NCBI GenBank assembly: GCA_019058365.1
Contig: JAHPZE010000044.1
Location: forward strand, 1 to 28,013
Reading direction: 5' to 3'
Length of the DNA: 28,013 bases
DNA from: Promethearchaeota archaeon
Lineage (GTDB): Archaea > Asgardarchaeota > Lokiarchaeia > Sigyniarchaeales > SOKP01
Every line of letters starts with the position of its first letter. Position 1 is the stretch's first letter. Below the pieces are notes generated by a model that saw nothing but the letters and a program-made list of their open reading frames with translations, searched no databases and was not told where the DNA came from. The position numbers were made by a program, and so were the translations under genes. Shown here in pieces: positions 15,492-24,311 of this stretch.

Positions 15492-18400
15492 GTGAAAAGA
15501 GGTTATGGAGATTTGAGAATATTAGTTTTAAGTCATCGAAATCCGTATTTTCCTCCATATATTTTTTTAAAAATGCCTGAGACGATTCAAAGAGATGATA
15601 TTAAACAGGTTCCTTTATTGATAGATCTCTATGAAAACGGTTTTTTTAAACATATGTTTGGAACTTTTAAAACTGCTAACCTAATCTTTGATATCCCGAG
15701 CGAGTACTCAAAAACTCAAAAGGAGCACCTTTTAATTTCATTAGTTATTGATGGTAAATCTAAAATTAATTCTGCATTAGCAGAAGAGTTTTTAAAGGGA
15801 TTAGTCGAAGAGTTCAAAAAAATCGAAAATGTTTTCAAGGCATTTTATGTGGGCTCTAGAATATATAAAGGAGATCCTACAAAATTAGAGGAAATTAGAA
15901 CATTACTCAATACTTTTCATTTATCTTTTCCAGAGGAAAAAGTTATATTTGAGCAAAAAGAGGCAAAAATATTAATTTTTGGGCTTTCGTTGGCAGGGAA
16001 AACGACTATAATTAGAACGAGAAGAAAATCAGTATCAAAAACAACATTTCCAACTATAAATGTAGATATTTCAAGAATTTTAGTTAACAATGTATCGTTA
16101 TTAACTTATGATATTCCTGGAAAATACAAAGTTAAAGAATTATGGAAACCTTATCTAAAAAACCAAGACGGATTGATTTTTGTTTTAGATGTTACCGATA
16201 CAATAAAATTCTCATATGCACGTGAATTATTGCATGAAATTGCGGGGAAACCAGAATTAAGTGAATTGCCACTTCTTATCCTTTATAACAAAATTGAAAT
16301 AAAACAACCTGATATAAACGATCTAGATGAGGCCATGGGAGTGAAAAAACTCGGAAAGAGACCAATGAAATCATTTTTAGCAAGTGGGATTAAAAACATA
16401 AATATTGATGAGGCGTTTAATTGGCTTTCACTTAAAATTGCAGAGAGAGTTGAACATTATACTCCAAGAAGAGAGATTGGTATAATTTTTAGTCACTGGG
16501 ATGAAAATCTTGGTCTTAAAATTGAAGCAGTTTATCCTACAGATGCTTTTGAGAATCCAGAATTGATATCTGTAAAAAGTTTTTCAATATCACAATTTAT
16601 TTTTGGAGGGGAACAGTTTAGACCAGCCTCAGTCATTCTTCCTTTTCCTCACTTAAATTCAAATGCAGCAATTTACTTTGATTTTGTGCCAAATGAGAGC
16701 ATCAGGGGTGGTATATTACCATTATCTTTAATAATTTATTACAATGAAAAAATTCCTAAAAATATTATTAACCAATTTAGTTCTTTCATACTTCAGCAAT
16801 TTGATGAGATAAAAAAGAATTATTTAAATAAAAATCAAATAACCACTATTCTTGAAATTATTCATAATACAATAAATCATCAAATTGATTTATATCGGCC
16901 ATCAATTGAAGCACTTAAAATGGCTGAATTACATTATGAGGCTTTATTTAAAGCTGCTCGGGATGCTATTTTAATAATTGATAAAAAATCAGGAATAGTT
17001 ATGGATGTTAATAAAGAAGCTGAGGCTTTGTTTCAACGACCATTTGAAGATTTCATTGGAATGCATTCAAGTCAAATATTAAGTGATATAATTGATAAAG
17101 ATTTTAATGAAGAGTTATTTGATCAATTTAATTATCCATTTCCCTTAAGATTAGAGGTTATTGATAGTGCTGGTAATTTTATTCCAGTTGAAATTAGTCT
17201 CAATGAAGTACAGATGGGGGGTCAAATTTTAGTTCAGTATATAATTCGGGATATTAGTAAGAGAGTAGAAGCAGAAATTAAATTAAAGCATTCTGAAATA
17301 AAATATCGTCATCTTTTCGAAAATTCACCGTTTTCTATTCTTTTGATTGATCCTAATGGAACTTTAGTTGACTTTAATCCTGTTTTAGAGGAAACATTAG
17401 GATATACAAGAGAGGAACTTATGGGACGTAAATTTGTAGATCTTTTATTAATACATCAAGATTATATTAAAGATGTTCTAAAAAGATTGAAAAGACAAGA
17501 AAGAGGAAAAATTCTTTCTCCATTAGAAATTCAACTTTACCATAAAAATGGCAACCTAATTTGGGTAAATTTACAATCATCTTTAGTTGATATTGGTGAT
17601 AAAACATTTTATCAAATTATTTGTCAGAATATAACAGAGCAGAAAAAAATAGAACAGGAATTAAAGAAAATATCTAGATTAAAAACTATTATTGCAGGAA
17701 TTGTATCAAGATTTGTAGGTGTAAAGAAAAATAATCAAGCTTTAATTGAATCACTTAGAGATATTGGTGAATTTATTAACGCAACACGAGCATATCTTTA
17801 CATTTTTAATAATAATTTTAATTTCACAAAGAGAAATTATGTCTGGTCTCGTAAGTTGATTCTTCCTCCAATTAATTTACCTGAAGATATAGACATTAAT
17901 AATTTTCCATGGTTAAATGAGAACTTAAAAGAATCTGATTATTTTTATATTAAAAACGTAGCTACACTTCCTAGAGACGCAGTAAAATTAATGTATTTTC
18001 TTAAAAATCAAAAAGCGAATAATTTTTTGACACTTCCAATTAAAATTAATGGGATTTTAGAAGGATTAGTTTGCTTTGATAATGTAGGAGATCAGGATTA
18101 TTGGGTAGAAGAAAATTTAGAATTATTAACTATTATTTCAGAGATTTTTAAAAATGTGATGCTACGTATGTTAGTTGAAGAAAATATACGTATAGGTGAA
18201 GAAACTATGCACCAAGAATTAGATAGAGAATATTTTTATAAAGAACTATTCGTAAATGATATAAATTCTATAATAAAGAACGTTCAATTATTATTAGAAG
18301 ATTACAGCAAGCAAGATAGAAAAATTATATCAAAATCTAAAAGAGAATTACTGGATGATATTAAAGATCAATGCATAAATGGTCAACTTCTAATATACAT

Positions 18401-18884
18401 AATACAAAAATTAACTATGATTGATGAAGCAAATGTTTTAATTAAATCAGTAAATTTAAATGATGTTATTGATGATGTTAAAGAATTTATCACAAATAGT
18501 TATTCTAATAAAAAAATTAGAATAACTGTCGAACACCCATCAGAGGATCTATATGTAAAAGCTGATAAGTTCCTCATTGATGTTTTTGTGAATATCCTTA
18601 TCAGTTCAATTCGATACAATAAAAATCCAAAAATTAAGATTAAAATTATTATCTTTAGAAGTCAAATGGATGACATAAATTATATTAAAATAAAATTCAT
18701 CGACTATCAAAAAGAGATTTTAAATATAGGAAAAGAAATGATCTTCCGAAAAGAAAGAGAAAAGGATAGTAAGATTAAAGAAATAATTTTAGGATTTCTT
18801 TTAGTCGAACGAATCTTAAATAGTTACAATGGAAAAATTTGGGTTGAAGGAGATTCTTTTTTAATTTTATTGCCCGAAGCTTAA
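15492..18884 (+). CDS. Multidomain signalling protein: uDENN/longin-like + Arf-like small GTPase + uDENN/longin-like + PAS + PAS + GAF + degenerate histidine-kinase (HisKA/HATPase) core
   Basis: GTPase aa ~157-318: G1 GLSLAGKTT, G2 FPTINV, G3 YDIPGK, LWKPY, GLIFVLD, G4 YNKIE, NIDEAFNWL. PAS aa ~480-590 (YEALF..DAILIID..VN...IIRDISKR) and ~603-718 (YRHLFENSP...LGYTREELMG...NITEQK). GAF aa ~745-892 (RAYLYIF...FPW...LPI...GLVCFD...W). Kinase-like tail YKELFVNDIN...DVFVNIL...YNGKIWVE...LP. TTG 15513 (9 nt after GAGGT) is a likely alternative start. Confidence 0.88.
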   Translation: MKRGYGDLRILVLSHRNPYFPPYIFLKMPETIQRDDIKQVPLLIDLYENGFFKHMFGTFKTANLIFDIPSEYSKTQKEHLLISLVIDGKSKINSALAEEFLKGLVEEFKKIENVFKAFYVGSRIYKGDPTKLEEIRTLLNTFHLSFPEEKVIFEQKEAKILIFGLSLAGKTTIIRTRRKSVSKTTFPTINVDISRILVNNVSLLTYDIPGKYKVKELWKPYLKNQDGLIFVLDVTDTIKFSYARELLHEIAGKPELSELPLLILYNKIEIKQPDINDLDEAMGVKKLGKRPMKSFLASGIKNINIDEAFNWLSLKIAERVEHYTPRREIGIIFSHWDENLGLKIEAVYPTDAFENPELISVKSFSISQFIFGGEQFRPASVILPFPHLNSNAAIYFDFVPNESIRGGILPLSLIIYYNEKIPKNIINQFSSFILQQFDEIKKNYLNKNQITTILEIIHNTINHQIDLYRPSIEALKMAELHYEALFKAARDAILIIDKKSGIVMDVNKEAEALFQRPFEDFIGMHSSQILSDIIDKDFNEELFDQFNYPFPLRLEVIDSAGNFIPVEISLNEVQMGGQILVQYIIRDISKRVEAEIKLKHSEIKYRHLFENSPFSILLIDPNGTLVDFNPVLEETLGYTREELMGRKFVDLLLIHQDYIKDVLKRLKRQERGKILSPLEIQLYHKNGNLIWVNLQSSLVDIGDKTFYQIICQNITEQKKIEQELKKISRLKTIIAGIVSRFVGVKKNNQALIESLRDIGEFINATRAYLYIFNNNFNFTKRNYVWSRKLILPPINLPEDIDINNFPWLNENLKESDYFYIKNVATLPRDAVKLMYFLKNQKANNFLTLPIKINGILEGLVCFDNVGDQDYWVEENLELLTIISEIFKNVMLRMLVEENIRIGEETMHQELDREYFYKELFVNDINSIIKNVQLLLEDYSKQDRKIISKSKRELLDDIKDQCINGQLLIYIIQKLTMIDEANVLIKSVNLNDVIDDVKEFITNSYSNKKIRITVEHPSEDLYVKADKFLIDVFVNILISSIRYNKNPKIKIKIIIFRSQMDDINYIKIKFIDYQKEILNIGKEMIFRKEREKDSKIKEIILGFLLVERILNSYNGKIWVEGDSFLILLPEA

Positions 18885-21578
18885 ATTATACGGTAATAAT
18901 TTTAGAATAATATGGATTTTTTTAATATTTTCTTTTACATTAATTATAATAAAATCATTAACTATTACAGAAAGCGCTTCATTTTTAGAAATGTCGCTTC
19001 CATTAAATATAATAGGGGATTCCTCTTTCCACCATTTAGGTTTATGGATTTTAATCTTCAAATCTTGGGTAAATTTTAAGTTTAACTCAACTTGAAGCAA
19101 ATTTGAGGTTGATTCAATAGAAATGAGGGGAGATTTAAAGTGAAAATTCTGATTTTCTATTTTAGGATGAATGGTAAAAGAATTATAACCTGCTTCTATT
19201 CCGGCTATCTTAATAACGGATAATAAATAACATGCATGTATATTGAGATTCATTGCTGGGAAATCACATGTAGGGGTTAAAAGATGATAAAATGCCTGAC
19301 CCGCGTTTTCAGCATAATTTGCATTAAATGCATCTGGTCCCGTCCAAATACCATACCAAATATGCGGATAAACCTCAGCCCTTCTCATTAGAGAATTTTT
19401 TATTAACGAATTATAAGCTTTCTCAGAATCATATAATGAATATCCCCATGTTAAGAGTGAGTTCATCGCATACCAAACTCCACCATTTACATCCCATCCA
19501 TATGGCAAAATATTCATTGATGTCTTCTTTGGAGGATATAATATATATTGTCCAATAGGTGAGGGTTTGTCTAAATTTGTAAATATTTCATTAATTAAAG
19601 CATAAACTTGTTCGTTCTTTAGCATCTTTGAAATTAAAATCCAATTATGATGTTCTAGATATATCTTCTTATCTCCAATCGGGTTTCCCTGGCCATTCCA
19701 TCCTCGATAAAACCATCTTCCATTCCAAGTTTTTAAAATAGCTTCTTTTAATTTTTTGAATTTCTCATTATAAACGCTAGCTAAATTAGAATTATATTTT
19801 TCCAATAATGGGAGTAATTTTTGAAGAATATAAACAATAAAAGCTGTATTAAAATTTGATTCTCCATATTGAATAAATCTTTTACGATTTCCTACAAATA
19901 AACTGATTCCATCATTCCAATCTCCATCACCGACCTTTATTAACCCATGCTCCCCTATCCCAACTTTATCAGAAAAGATATAATCAAGAGAAATAAATAA
20001 TCGTTCTAACACAGTTGATGCCATGTTAAGGCTTTTTGGATAAAATGGAATCGTTTCTTGAAGAAAATTGAAGTCTCTTGTCATGTAAACATATTCCACT
20101 ATACCCCAAATCAAAAAGATATGCAAGTCGGATGGTTTAAAATGAACTGACCTTGTAAATGTTTTAGCAAATCCGTATATACTATAGGGTAATTTCCCAC
20201 TTGGTTCCATTAAGGAAATTGTATAAGTTAAATATTCTCGAGCTAAATGAGGATTTAAAAAGATGATTGAATTAATATAGAAAATATAATCCCTTATAGC
20301 ACCATCAAGCCCGTGTCCAATTAAATATATTGAACCTTGAGGGAATTTGTGTAAATTAAAATACTCGTCAAAATAACAAGCACTTCTTATATAATATGAA
20401 TGCCATTTGGTTTCACGTGATAACCAAGAATCATTTTCACAACATAATTCAATAAAAGAGTTCTTCCATTTTTCCGAGTTCCATTCTAAAATAGAATTTT
20501 CCGAACTTATTTCTTTGTATTTTTTAATCAGATTATTAATTTCCTCTTTTTCAGAGTATCCAAAAATGCAAGTAAATTTACGAGTTTCCCCGGGTTTCAA
20601 TTGAAATTCTGTTTCTATCCCTAATGATGGATTTTTATTATAATTAGAAACAATATAACCTTCAGAAAAATCTGAATATTTAAAATCAATCTTTATTTGA
20701 TTTTTATTTTTTACTTTTAGGGGTTTATAGAAAAATCGTGTTGCATTACCATGTAGCATAGATAAAAATATTGTTTTTGGATAAAAATTATGTTTGGCTG
20801 GAACTTCTGGTTTTTTAGGTGGCTCCTTCTTATATTTCGGTTTAACAAAAATTGTTTGTGTTTTTACATCAAGCGAAATATCAAAAATAAATTTTTTATC
20901 AAATTTTTTTCGAGAACCATCTGTATCGGTTTTAGTAATTTTTTGAGAGAATTTTATAAGTTTGCCAATAAGATTGAGAAATTTATTTTTACTAAATTTT
21001 TTTCGATTATTTGAGGTTACCACAAGAGATCTTAATATATGGTGGAGATAAATATCCCAAAAATCTATAAATTTAGCATTTTTTATGGTAGTGCTACTTG
21101 ATTCATTCGAAAAAGAAATCTCAGAGATAACAATGGGGTCATCTGAAAATGGAGTACAAATGTTATGAATTATTTTTAGATTATTTCTCTTAATCTCTTT
21201 TTTAAAATAACCTATTCCAAAAACCCTCTCAAAAATGCAATTTTTATCTGAATCTTCTCTATCAAATAAATCCGAATCGAAATCTTTAGAATTTCCTAGA
21301 TTAAAAAAAGCAATTCCTCCTCCAAGCTTCTTTAATTTTTCATTTTGGAACGTTAACCACTGAAATCCTCTGCTTGATTCTAAGACTTGGATATATCCTC
21401 CGTTATGTACCGTAGCAGTTATTCGATCGTTTCCAATCTGATGGAAATGATCTATTGAATGACCATAAGTAGTCGGAGTTTTAGCAAAGGTATCTTTATA
21501 TTGATTACATGTGTAATTAAATGCAGGTAAACCATAATTATCCTCAATCCATACCCCAAATTTAATACTATTGCTCAT
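18867..21578 (-). CDS. GH94-like (alpha/alpha)6-barrel glycoside phosphorylase/hydrolase
   Basis: About 900 aa; GAIRD, SDLHIFLIW..EYVYMTRDFNFL, GEHGLIKVGDGDWNDG (GH94-type DWND catalytic motif), GES, WNGRWFYR, NGGVW. ATG 21578 preferred over TTG 21599. The 3' end overlaps the convergent gene by 18 nt. Confidence 0.75.
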   Translation of the reverse strand: MSNSIKFGVWIEDNYGLPAFNYTCNQYKDTFAKTPTTYGHSIDHFHQIGNDRITATVHNGGYIQVLESSRGFQWLTFQNEKLKKLGGGIAFFNLGNSKDFDSDLFDREDSDKNCIFERVFGIGYFKKEIKRNNLKIIHNICTPFSDDPIVISEISFSNESSSTTIKNAKFIDFWDIYLHHILRSLVVTSNNRKKFSKNKFLNLIGKLIKFSQKITKTDTDGSRKKFDKKFIFDISLDVKTQTIFVKPKYKKEPPKKPEVPAKHNFYPKTIFLSMLHGNATRFFYKPLKVKNKNQIKIDFKYSDFSEGYIVSNYNKNPSLGIETEFQLKPGETRKFTCIFGYSEKEEINNLIKKYKEISSENSILEWNSEKWKNSFIELCCENDSWLSRETKWHSYYIRSACYFDEYFNLHKFPQGSIYLIGHGLDGAIRDYIFYINSIIFLNPHLAREYLTYTISLMEPSGKLPYSIYGFAKTFTRSVHFKPSDLHIFLIWGIVEYVYMTRDFNFLQETIPFYPKSLNMASTVLERLFISLDYIFSDKVGIGEHGLIKVGDGDWNDGISLFVGNRKRFIQYGESNFNTAFIVYILQKLLPLLEKYNSNLASVYNEKFKKLKEAILKTWNGRWFYRGWNGQGNPIGDKKIYLEHHNWILISKMLKNEQVYALINEIFTNLDKPSPIGQYILYPPKKTSMNILPYGWDVNGGVWYAMNSLLTWGYSLYDSEKAYNSLIKNSLMRRAEVYPHIWYGIWTGPDAFNANYAENAGQAFYHLLTPTCDFPAMNLNIHACYLLSVIKIAGIEAGYNSFTIHPKIENQNFHFKSPLISIESTSNLLQVELNLKFTQDLKIKIHKPKWWKEESPIIFNGSDISKNEALSVIVNDFIIINVKENIKKIHIILKLLPYNLSFGQ

Positions 21579-21706
21579 AATTATACTTTTTTCTTGCAAA
21601 TAAGAATTTTTTTCATAATGATATAATCAGAGTTTAGTCCAAGCAATATTTTTTATCTATTAGTTTACGATTAAAGTGCTCCATTTTTCAAGTGCTTTAA
21701 AAATAC

Positions 21707-22474
21707 TTACGTCAAATTCTTGATTTTATTTTCTTCTTGATTATAATAATAAATACCGAGTGCATGAACCGGATTATCCAGCAATAGAGAATAAACTAAA
21801 GGGAAAGTTAAATCGTTTAGGAAGTGCGCTTTTAATGAATCCACATCACCTTTCATCTCTAATTTTTCTATGGTCTCTTTAGTATCTTTAAAATTCCAGT
21901 TCTGCTCAAAGTTTTGAAAATCCTTTCTGGAATCGTATTTTTTAATTTTTTCTATAACCTCTATAATAATTACATCGATTTGATAGAGGCTTTTATTTTC
22001 TATATGTGATAAAAACATTGCAGCATGCTCATTAAATTTAAGAGTTCTTAGCAATCCAATTATTTGGTTAATATTAGAGGGATTAATGATTATATCTTTA
22101 TATAGTTCATTCTTGCGCCCGCTTATTACTCCAGCAATATAACGCCTTAAATAAATTAGACTATTTTTTAAGGAATATATATTATCAAATTCTTTTTTAA
22201 AATTTCTTCTTACTTCAATTAGATAAATTAATGCTGGAATTAGAATGAAAGAATAATTCAAACTAAATTTAGCTATTAAGCTATAAACACTGATTTCAGT
22301 AATAATGTAATACGTAAGAATGTAGCAAAATAGCATTACTAGGATCCCTATAATTACTACATCTTTGATTATAAACCATCTTCTTTTATATGAAAACCAA
22401 TTAATTTTAAATTTAAATCGTTTAAAATTAATAGATTTCAAATAATTTATTATATCGTTTTTTCTCATTCTCAT
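21707..22474 (-). CDS. Hypothetical membrane protein (two N-terminal TM segments + soluble helical domain)
   Basis: 255-aa ORF in very AT-rich DNA; hydrophobic stretches VVIIGILVMLFCYILTYYII and YSLIAKFSLNYSFILIPALIYLI; no family recognised. Confidence 0.65.
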   Translation of the reverse strand: MRMRKNDIINYLKSINFKRFKFKINWFSYKRRWFIIKDVVIIGILVMLFCYILTYYIITEISVYSLIAKFSLNYSFILIPALIYLIEVRRNFKKEFDNIYSLKNSLIYLRRYIAGVISGRKNELYKDIIINPSNINQIIGLLRTLKFNEHAAMFLSHIENKSLYQIDVIIIEVIEKIKKYDSRKDFQNFEQNWNFKDTKETIEKLEMKGDVDSLKAHFLNDLTFPLVYSLLLDNPVHALGIYYYNQEENKIKNLT

Positions 22475-22626
22475 TTCATTTTATAAATAGAATAGATATA
22501 CAATTAAACTCTCAGTGAATAATTTTAAATTTTTTTGTTAGGTATTTAATAGTTATAGTTGTATTCTAATGGGCTACTCAGAAGTGGAAAATACAAATCA
22601 TAAAGCAAATACTCTAACCCATTTTT

Positions 22627-24024
22627 TTAATTCTTCTCTTGTAAAAAATCGTAAATTTGATCTGCGATTATTTTCCCATGAGCTACAGCATCAACCACAC
22701 TTTTCGATCCGAGCACACAATCTCCCCCTGCTAATACTTTAGGAACACTTGTGAAGAACTTTTCATTTACTATAAAGGTATTCGATTTTGTTGTTTTGAA
22801 TCTATGGGTATCAAATCCGCTTAGATCGATTTCTTGACCAATTGCTTCAATAATATAATCAGCTTCAACCTTGATTTCGATATCTTCGATAGGAACTGGA
22901 GTAGGGCGACCACTTACGTCTTTATCTCCGAGTTCTACTCTTTGACATACAATCCCTTGAGATTCTTCATCTATACAATAAAATTCTTTTGGGTTAACTA
23001 AGAATTCAATATTGATGCCTTCATTTTCTGTGTCTTGAATTTCAGCCTTTCCTGCGGGCATATGTTCCTTTTCTCTTCGATATAAAATAGAAACATCTGC
23101 TCCAAGTCGCTTTGCAACTCTAGCGGCATCAGTGGCAGTACTTCCACCCCCTATAATTACAACTTTTTTATTATTCAGATAAGGTATATTTTCGTTAAGA
23201 TTATGACTTCTTAAGAATTTAAGAGCTTGCATAATAATTAGTGGATCTTTTCCCGGAATCTTAAGTGATTTAGCTTTCTGAGCACCTATTCCTATAACTA
23301 TAATGTGAAATCCTAACTCAAATATTTGATCAATACCAAAATCCTTATCAATACTTTTATTGGTTATGATTTCAATCCCACAATGTTTTAAGTTTTCTAT
23401 TTCTGTATTTAAAACTGACTTTGGTAGCCGAAATTCAGGGATTTCTGTTGTAAGCATGCCTCCAATTATTTCATGTTTTTCGAAAATAGTCGCTTTAATT
23501 CCATATTTCCTCAAATAAAATGCAACCGTGAGACCAAGAGGCCCGGAGCCTAAAATAGCTACTTTCTTATCTAAATCAGGGTTACATTTAAAATAATCTT
23601 CGAGGGGGCCATAATTATCAACTAAAAATCGTTTTATCATAGGAATTTGAATTGGATCTCCATTTATACCTGCGGTGCAATGAAGTTGACAATAGCCGGG
23701 GCAGACTCTTTCAACACTTCTAGGAAAGGGATAATGCTTATAGATAATTTTGAGAGCCTCCTCGATCTTACCATCCAGCACATTTCTAATAATATCTCTA
23801 GAATTACAATGAGTGGGGCAGTACTTCATACAGGGGGGTGGTTTTATTTGAGGATCGCTTTTTGTAAAGCATTGATAACAACGCTCGCATTCTTTGATTA
23901 CCTCCTCTAATTCTAAATACCCTAGATTCACCTCTTCAAAATTTTTGATTCGTTCTTCCGCCGGTAAATAATGCCGTTCTATTGCTACTTTACTTCTTAC
24001 TATTTTTTGTTCTTTTTTCGTCAA
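22627..24024 (-). CDS. GltD/SudA/NfnB-like Fe-S flavoprotein (NADPH-dependent oxidoreductase)
   Basis: ERIKNFEEVNLG, ECERCYQC...PCMKYCP, RVCPGYCQLHC (two Fe-S cluster motifs), ILGSGPLG, IPEFRLP, IIGGGSTATDAAR, LYRR, EAIGQ, AGGDCVLG..VVDAVAHG; TTG start. Confidence 0.88.
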   Translation of the reverse strand: MTKKEQKIVRSKVAIERHYLPAEERIKNFEEVNLGYLELEEVIKECERCYQCFTKSDPQIKPPPCMKYCPTHCNSRDIIRNVLDGKIEEALKIIYKHYPFPRSVERVCPGYCQLHCTAGINGDPIQIPMIKRFLVDNYGPLEDYFKCNPDLDKKVAILGSGPLGLTVAFYLRKYGIKATIFEKHEIIGGMLTTEIPEFRLPKSVLNTEIENLKHCGIEIITNKSIDKDFGIDQIFELGFHIIVIGIGAQKAKSLKIPGKDPLIIMQALKFLRSHNLNENIPYLNNKKVVIIGGGSTATDAARVAKRLGADVSILYRREKEHMPAGKAEIQDTENEGINIEFLVNPKEFYCIDEESQGIVCQRVELGDKDVSGRPTPVPIEDIEIKVEADYIIEAIGQEIDLSGFDTHRFKTTKSNTFIVNEKFFTSVPKVLAGGDCVLGSKSVVDAVAHGKIIADQIYDFLQEKN

Positions 24025-24311
24025 TTTACTTAATATTAATCAATCTGTAAGTTTTGATTAATATATTATCTTTATAAATAAATTTGATAAATCTGGAGTC
24101 TAAGATCATTGGATAATTCATAGTTTATAAAAATTTAGATTTCAAAACAATAAAGTATGTGTTATATACCAAATTAAATGTTATTTCACTGAAAGTTTTA
24201 ACAAAAGTAAAAAATATATAGAAAATATACATTTTTTTTAAATAGTGAAACACCTTAATTTAATCCTTAAAAATCGATAATTATCAAAATTTAAAGAAAA
24301 ACTTATTAGAA

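Noticed and set aside
15492-18884. Roco (Roc-COR) protein or ordinary active sensor kinase
   Set aside because: No COR or LRR region follows or precedes the GTPase, which has Arf-like features; the kinase H, N and G boxes are degenerate.
19328-21014. Three short + strand ORFs (76, 65, 74 aa)
   Set aside because: Antisense shadows of the GH94-like gene; the Phe/Ile richness reflects the Lys/Asn-rich sense strand.
23647-23910. 87-aa + strand ORF
   Set aside because: Antisense to the Fe-S region of the GltD-like gene.
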